From positions 96,001-160,000 of the forward strand of contig JBBILD010000002.1 in the NCBI GenBank assembly GCA_037445065.1: a stretch of DNA of 64,000 bases, in the 5' to 3' direction. A program made the position numbers and the translations under genes. This stretch comes from Myxococcales bacterium. GTDB taxonomy: Bacteria > Desulfobacterota > Binatia > HRBIN30. Positions within the stretch are counted from its first letter, which is position 1. Each line of letters starts with the position of its first letter. Below, piece by piece: positions 58,981 through 64,000 of this stretch. Under the pieces are notes generated by a model. The model saw nothing but the letters and a program-made list of their open reading frames with translations, made no database searches and was not told the origin of the DNA.

Positions 58981-59715
58981 GTGTCGAACGAGCGAGAAAT
59001 TGTCACGTTGGTGGAGTTGCGAGGTGTGGCCAAGCGTTACGGCCCGCAGTGGGCTTTGGTCGAGGTAGATCTCCGCTGCGGGCGCGCGGAGAGCATCGCT
59101 CTCCTTGGACCGAACGGGGCGGGCAAGAGCACGTTGTTGCGCATACTAGCCGGGGTAACGCGTCCGACCCGAGGCAGGATCCTCTGGGGCGGGCAGGAGG
59201 TGGCGTTGGCAAGCGCGTCTTGGGGGCGGAAGAGGATCGGCTTTGTCGGCCATCGCAGCTTCTTGTACACGTCGCTTTCCGTGCGCGAGAACCTGATGCT
59301 GTATGCATCGTTGTACGGGCTAGCAAACCCAGCCCAGCGGGTTGCGGAGCTTCTGGGTCGCTTCGGGCTTTCCTTCGTGCAAGATCGCGCCGTGTCCCAC
59401 CTCTCCCGCGGGCTCGAGCAGCGCGCTGCCCTTGCGCGTGCCTTGCTGCACGACCCGGAGCTCTTGCTACTTGACGAGCCGTTTACGGGCTTGGATGTGG
59501 AAGCCTGCGCCGCGCTCATGGAACTCCTACGAGAAGAGCGGGCGAGGGGGGTTTCAGTGGTGCTTGCCACCCATGATTTTCAGGTAGCAGAAGCGTTGTG
59601 CGAGCGCGTTGTGATCCTCGTGGGCGGAAAGTTCGAGCATGACGGCCCGCTGCCCGCATCGGTGGAATCGGTGTACCAAGCGGTCGTCGCGGCCAGGCGG
59701 CAAGCGCTGGCATGA
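58981..59715 (+). CDS. ccmA: Heme export ABC ATPase CcmA
   Basis: GPNGAGKS, LSRGLEQR, LDEPFTGLD; precedes ccmB. Confidence 0.88.
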   Translation: MSNEREIVTLVELRGVAKRYGPQWALVEVDLRCGRAESIALLGPNGAGKSTLLRILAGVTRPTRGRILWGGQEVALASASWGRKRIGFVGHRSFLYTSLSVRENLMLYASLYGLANPAQRVAELLGRFGLSFVQDRAVSHLSRGLEQRAALARALLHDPELLLLDEPFTGLDVEACAALMELLREERARGVSVVLATHDFQVAEALCERVVILVGGKFEHDGPLPASVESVYQAVVAARRQALA

Positions 59716-60371
59716 TCCCGTTGCTTCGCAAGGAATTTTTGATCGAGTGGCGAGCGAGAGAAGCGCTCGCCACTGCTCTCCTCACAGGGCTTTTGCTGCT
59801 GGTGGTGCTGAGCTTTGCTTTCGATCCAACCAGCCCGTTGCGTCGCGAGGCGGCACCGGGTGCGTTTTGGGTTACGGTAGTTTTCAGTGGGGTGCTGGCG
59901 ATCGGGCGCTCGTTTGTGGCGGATCGGGAGAACGATTGCCTGCAGGGGCTGCTGTTAGCTCCGCTCGATCGGGGAACGATCTTTTTGGCGAAGGTCTTCG
60001 CGCAAACAGCCTTTTTGCTTGCTGCGCAATTGCTCCTAGTGCCGTTGTTCATCGTTTTCTTCGACCTGCCCCTGAGCGCACACCTACTTCCCTGGCTGCT
60101 CGCCCTGGTGCTGGTCGGAGTGGGATTGAGTGCGGCTGGAATTCTGCTCGCGGCGATTGCTGTGCAAACCCGGGCGAAAGAGATCTTGCTCCCCCTTCTC
60201 CTCGTGCCGCTTGCCGTTCCGTTGCTACTGGCCGGCTTGCGCGTCTCCCAACGAGCCTTTGCCGGCAAGCCGCTAGGCGAGGCAGTGGCATGGCTGCACT
60301 TGGCAGTGGGGTTCGACGTGATCGTGTTGGTTGTCGGGTGGCTGCTGTTCGAATATGTAGTGGAAGACTGA
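59712..60371 (+). CDS. ccmB: Heme exporter CcmB
   Basis: KEFLIEWR, APGAFWV, RSF..DREND, LLPLLLVPL. Confidence 0.9.
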   Translation: MIPLLRKEFLIEWRAREALATALLTGLLLLVVLSFAFDPTSPLRREAAPGAFWVTVVFSGVLAIGRSFVADRENDCLQGLLLAPLDRGTIFLAKVFAQTAFLLAAQLLLVPLFIVFFDLPLSAHLLPWLLALVLVGVGLSAAGILLAAIAVQTRAKEILLPLLLVPLAVPLLLAGLRVSQRAFAGKPLGEAVAWLHLAVGFDVIVLVVGWLLFEYVVED

Positions 60372-61084
60372 TGCAGATCGGGCCGCAAACCGTGGTGTCG
60401 CGTTCCCTCGTGCCTCTGCTCGCCGTATGCAGCGCAGCGAGCATGTTGCTTACCCTCTGGTTGATTTTCGTGTACGTGCCCACCGACCGCGTCCAGGGCG
60501 TTGTGCAGCGAATTTTTTACGTGCACGTGCCGCTGGCGATGATGACCTTTCTTGCTTTCGGCGTTACGGCGGTGGCGAGTGCGGCATACCTCTGGTCCCG
60601 AAACCCGAAGTATGATCACTGTGCTCATGCCAGTGCGGAGGTCGGGCTGTTGTTTTGCTCGCTGGTGCTGATCACCGGCCCCATTTGGGCGAAGCCCATT
60701 TGGGGAACATGGTGGACGTGGGATGCCCGGCTGACCACGACACTGATTCTGTGGCTCATTTATGCCGGCTACCTGATGCTGCGCAGCTTGACGATGCATT
60801 CCGAGCAGGGCGCGCGATATGCGGCTGTACTCGGCATCGTAGGTGCGTTGGATATTCCGATCATCAACCGGTCCGTGTACTGGTGGCGCACGATTCACCC
60901 GGCAGTGTTGGTAACGCGGGAGGGGGGGACGGGACTCACGGATCCGCGCATGCAACTTACGTTGCTGTGCAGCGTGCTGGCCTTTTTCTTTCTCTTCGCT
61001 TGGTTGCTTTGGTTGCGCTACCGGCAGGCCGTATTGGAGGCGAGGATGACGGCGCTGTGGGCGGCGCAACGGATACCGAGGTGA
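60371..61084 (+). CDS. ccmC: Heme exporter CcmC
   Basis: IFYVHVP, WWD domain [24 protein letters not shown]. Confidence 0.95.
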   Translation: MQIGPQTVVSRSLVPLLAVCSAASMLLTLWLIFVYVPTDRVQGVVQRIFYVHVPLAMMTFLAFGVTAVASAAYLWSRNPKYDHCAHASAEVGLLFCSLVLITGPIWAKPIWGTWWTWDARLTTTLILWLIYAGYLMLRSLTMHSEQGARYAAVLGIVGALDIPIINRSVYWWRTIHPAVLVTREGGTGLTDPRMQLTLLCSVLAFFFLFAWLLWLRYRQAVLEARMTALWAAQRIPR

Positions 61085-61090
61085 GGAGGC

Positions 61091-61303
61091 GTGGGCGTGA
61101 CGGCGGAATCCCTGACGTATCTGTTTGCTGCGTATACCGCGGTGTGGGTCGTGCTCGTGGCGTATCTCTGGCGCCTGTCGCGGCGTTTACAACAGTTGCA
61201 TCGAGAACTGGAAGAGCTGCGTTCAGAAGAACGCCACGAAAGGGCTACGGACACGGCCCCGGCACAGGAGCGCGTGGCGCGTGGTACGGGTGGGGCACCA
61301 TGA
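61091..61303 (+). CDS. ccmD: CcmD-family small membrane protein
   Basis: [10 protein letters not shown]...YLWRL followed by a charged coil; follows ccmC. Confidence 0.8.
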   Translation: MGVTAESLTYLFAAYTAVWVVLVAYLWRLSRRLQQLHRELEELRSEERHERATDTAPAQERVARGTGGAP

Positions 61304-61509
61304 GCGACCTAGTCGTGCGTTGCCCGATTTGCCGCGCTCCTGTGAAGTGGAGTGAGATCCGATGGCGGCCTTTTTGTTCCGAGCGGTGCAAACTCGTGGA
61401 TCTGGGGCACTGGGCTAGCGGGTCGTACCGGATCCCGGGTGAACCCAGCGCGACGGAGGAAGGCGAAGAAGAGGTCGCGGCCGGAAGGCGAGACTCAAGA
61501 AACTCCTAA
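61300..61509 (+). CDS. yacG: DNA gyrase inhibitor YacG
   Basis: CPIC...[16 protein letters not shown]...YRIP; ATGA overlap with ccmD. Confidence 0.93.
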   Translation: MSDLVVRCPICRAPVKWSEIRWRPFCSERCKLVDLGHWASGSYRIPGEPSATEEGEEEVAAGRRDSRNS

Positions 61510-61543
61510 AGCATGGTCTGACGGGAGAGAAGGGAGCCACGTC

Positions 61544-62350
61544 GTGCCGATCCACCCCACTGCGATTGTGGACCCGATTGCGGAGATCCACGACAGCGTT
61601 CGAGTGGGGCCCTACGTGGTGATCCAGGGGCCGGTGCGCATCGACGCGGGGACGGTGCTGGGGCCGCACGTGGTGCTGTTGGGTCCGATTTCGATTGGTC
61701 GCAACAACGTTTTGCACACTGGGGTCGTCGTGGGCGACGAGCCGCAGGACCTCGGCTATCGGGGCGGGGCTAGCGGCGTCGAGATCGGCGACGGCAACGT
61801 GCTGCGAGAATACGTGCAAGTACATCGCGGGACACAGCCAGGGAGTATGACGCGGATCGGAAGCGACAACTTTCTGATGACCCACGCGCACGTGGCGCAT
61901 AACTGTACGATCGGGGATCGAGCCATTCTGGCGAGCGGTGCCTTGCTTGCCGGGCACGTCCAAGTGGGGGACGGTGCGTTTATCTCCGGCAACTGTGTGG
62001 TTCACCAGTATGTTCGGATCGGGCGGCTCGCCTTGCTCCGCGGCTTGAGTCGTACGAGTCGCGATGTTCCGCCGTTCTGTATCATGGACGGCACCCATAC
62101 GGTGCGTGCGATCAATCGCGTTGGGCTGCTGCGCGCGGGCATTCCCAAAGAGCGGATTGTTGCTTTGCGACGCGCCTTTGCACGTTTGTTTCGGACTACA
62201 GGGAATCTCCGCGCGCGGCTCGACCAACTAGACGGCTTAGAGATCACGGAAGAGGTGAAGGAACTGCTCGACTTTATCCGCACCTCGAAACGGGGAGTGT
62301 GTTTTGGGCCGCGGCGCAACACCGATCAGGAACTCGGCGCAGAGGAATAA
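61544..62350 (+). CDS. lpxA: UDP-N-acetylglucosamine acyltransferase
   Basis: IHPTAIVD, hexapeptide repeats, PQDL, HRGT, HVAHNC, LAGHV, VHQY, DVPPF. Confidence 0.9.
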   Translation: MPIHPTAIVDPIAEIHDSVRVGPYVVIQGPVRIDAGTVLGPHVVLLGPISIGRNNVLHTGVVVGDEPQDLGYRGGASGVEIGDGNVLREYVQVHRGTQPGSMTRIGSDNFLMTHAHVAHNCTIGDRAILASGALLAGHVQVGDGAFISGNCVVHQYVRIGRLALLRGLSRTSRDVPPFCIMDGTHTVRAINRVGLLRAGIPKERIVALRRAFARLFRTTGNLRARLDQLDGLEITEEVKELLDFIRTSKRGVCFGPRRNTDQELGAEE

Positions 62351-62985
62351 GGGCCGACCGACAAGCGGCGCGCTCCGAGATACCGGGCCGCGTAGTAGGG
62401 ATGGTCGAGTGAATCAACCCGTACACCTCCGCTTCGCCGGGCGGCGTGCAAAAACTTCCCGTCGCCCGCGTAAATCCCTACGTGGCTAGCGTCGCGACGG
62501 TAGGTGCGGAAAAACACCAAGTCGCCTGGCTGGAGTTGATCACGACGTACCGGTGTGCCGGTCCGAAACTGCTCGCGTGCGGAACGGGGCAAGGAGAGGC
62601 CGGCCGCAGCCGCCGCTGTGTGTACGAGACCGGAGCAGTCGAACGCTGATCCCATGGCCCCAAATCTATACGGTCGCCCCACATACTGGCTTGCCACAGA
62701 GAGCAGAGGATGGCTGTCTAGGTCTCCTACCTGACGCGGCGCGGATGACTGCGGGCCTGCGAGCGTACTCGTTTTACGCGAGTTTTTTCTCGTCGGAGCG
62801 TTGTGTAGGCCTCGGGTTCTGCCCGTTTTTGCGACCGTGCGAATCGGTGTTCGAGCATGCACGGCAAGAGTTTTTCTCGGTGCTGTACGGCGGGCTTTCG
62901 TTTCGGCGAGTGCCGGCAGGATACAGGTTCCGAAAGCGACGAGCACTAGCAGTCCGTAGGCGATAGGCCTGCTCCGTGAGTACAT
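62326..62985 (-). CDS. NlpC/P60 (C40) peptidoglycan endopeptidase (start uncertain)
   Basis: PYRFG, FDCSGL, LPRSAREQ, PGDLVFF, SHVGIY, FLHA. Confidence 0.92.
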   Translation of the reverse strand: MYSRSRPIAYGLLVLVAFGTCILPALAETKARRTAPRKTLAVHARTPIRTVAKTGRTRGLHNAPTRKNSRKTSTLAGPQSSAPRQVGDLDSHPLLSVASQYVGRPYRFGAMGSAFDCSGLVHTAAAAAGLSLPRSAREQFRTGTPVRRDQLQPGDLVFFRTYRRDASHVGIYAGDGKFLHAARRSGGVRVDSLDHPYYAARYLGARRLSVGPYSSAPSS

Positions 62986-63165
62986 GCCCTTGCCGCCTGC
63001 GCAATCGCTCCGTAGCCACATCACCACACCTCTCTCCAGCGGGTCCTTCATCCTGCTGCGCAGAATGAAAGCGGCTGGCTAGCCTCTTGCTTGCTAAGCG
63101 TCAACCGCGGCGGTTAGGTGTACGCGCGTTGCGGCCGGCAAGGGTTTCGTTTAAGCGCACTCCTG

Positions 63166-63606
63166 ATGAGCAAGAAGTTCCGGTTCTTGCTGGCGGCGTT
63201 CCTCCTCGTCGGTGCGGTGGTTTACTTGATGTACACCGGTGTCAGCCGCACTGCTGTGTATTACCTCACGGTGCAGGAGTTCGAGGCGCGTAGGCCGGCG
63301 CTCGAAGGGGAAGGTGTTCGCGTGGCCGGGCGCGTGGCTGCGGGTTCGGTACAGCGGCGAATGACGCCGAAAGGTGAAGAGCTTCACTTCGAGATTGGCG
63401 ACTTTTCGACCGACGGCTCCTCTGGCCCGCGTGTGAAGGTGCATTACCTCGGTGTCGTGCCGGATATGTTTCGCGACGAGGGTGGTAGCGACGTGATTGT
63501 CGAAGGCCGTTATGAGGGCGGGATTGTCAAGGCGCAGTCGGTGATGACTTCCTGCCCCTCCAAGTACGAGCCGATGGACGAAGGAGCGCAAATGCCCGCC
63601 AACTGA
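63166..63606 (+). CDS. ccmE: Heme chaperone CcmE, CxxxY type
   Basis: N-terminal TM, YYLTV, RVAG.V..GS, PDMF, VIVEG, SCPSKY. Confidence 0.92.
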   Translation: MSKKFRFLLAAFLLVGAVVYLMYTGVSRTAVYYLTVQEFEARRPALEGEGVRVAGRVAAGSVQRRMTPKGEELHFEIGDFSTDGSSGPRVKVHYLGVVPDMFRDEGGSDVIVEGRYEGGIVKAQSVMTSCPSKYEPMDEGAQMPAN

Positions 63607-63696
63607 GGCGGGGTACGGATTGGCAAGGAGCCTTGCTCCAAAGCCGCGGGCGCTCGAGAGCGGGGAGCCCCCGGGCGAGAGGCGAGGAAGTTCGGA

Positions 63697-64000
63697 ATGC
63701 AAAACATAGACGTTGGCGCGGTTGCACTCAGTGTGGCGTGGTTGCTCGCGCTGTATGGCCTGGTGGTATCGCTCTGGGGCGGGTGGGGCAGGCGGGAGGA
63801 GTTGGTACGCAGCGGCGAACACGCTCTGCTAGCCATGTGGGCCCTGGTAACGATTGCCACCGCAGACTTAGTGCACGGGCTCGTTAGCCGTGACTTCAAC
63901 TTGGAGTACGTCGCTCAGTACTCCAGCAGTACCCTACCGCTGCATTACACAGTCGCCGCATTGTGGGGCGGGCAAGCGGGTTCGCTCCTGTTCTGGTTGC
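63697..64000 (+). CDS. ccmF: Cytochrome c biogenesis heme lyase CcmF, N-terminal part (runs off the window)
   Basis: My translation: MQNIDVG...DFNLEYVAQYSS..LPLHY..AALWGGQAGSLLFWL. Not in the ORF track. Confidence 0.92.
   Translation, partial: MQNIDVGAVALSVAWLLALYGLVVSLWGGWGRREELVRSGEHALLAMWALVTIATADLVHGLVSRDFNLEYVAQYSSSTLPLHYTVAALWGGQAGSLLFWL

Overview
This is a gene-dense, GC-rich bacterial chromosomal segment. I found no rRNA, tRNA, CRISPR array, transposase, integrase or phage genes by eye. Gene order and a Cys-flanked dockerin-like tail suggest a deltaproteobacteria-related lineage such as Candidatus Binatia (inference). Housekeeping blocks: udg-nfeD-SPFH-GGQ factor-DUF2760-Hsp70; lptCAB-rpoN-hpf-ptsN-HPr; metK-ahcY; two moeA paralogs; yceD-rpmF-fabD-fabG-acpP-glyA-copC-copD; and ccmABCD-yacG-lpxA plus ccmE-ccmF. 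Between them lie several large secreted modular enzymes: an S8 protease with atypical active-site motifs, a beta-propeller/diheme cytochrome, an S1 protease, a matrixin and a lipase-like protein. Top leads: (1) a ~170-180 aa C-terminal domain shared by two unrelated secreted proteins, alongside dockerin-like and MYXO-CTERM-like tails, suggesting a modular surface-display system; (2) a macrodomain/sigma54-activator pair followed by a sigma54 promoter driving a 53-aa membrane peptide; (3) a cNMP-binding/MalT-like/DASS transporter fusion; (4) an orphan MdcD-MdcE fusion, with plsX/fabH/fabF absent from the fab cluster; (5) two genes whose best start position is ACG behind a Shine-Dalgarno sequence. 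All family calls come from motif recognition, not database searches.
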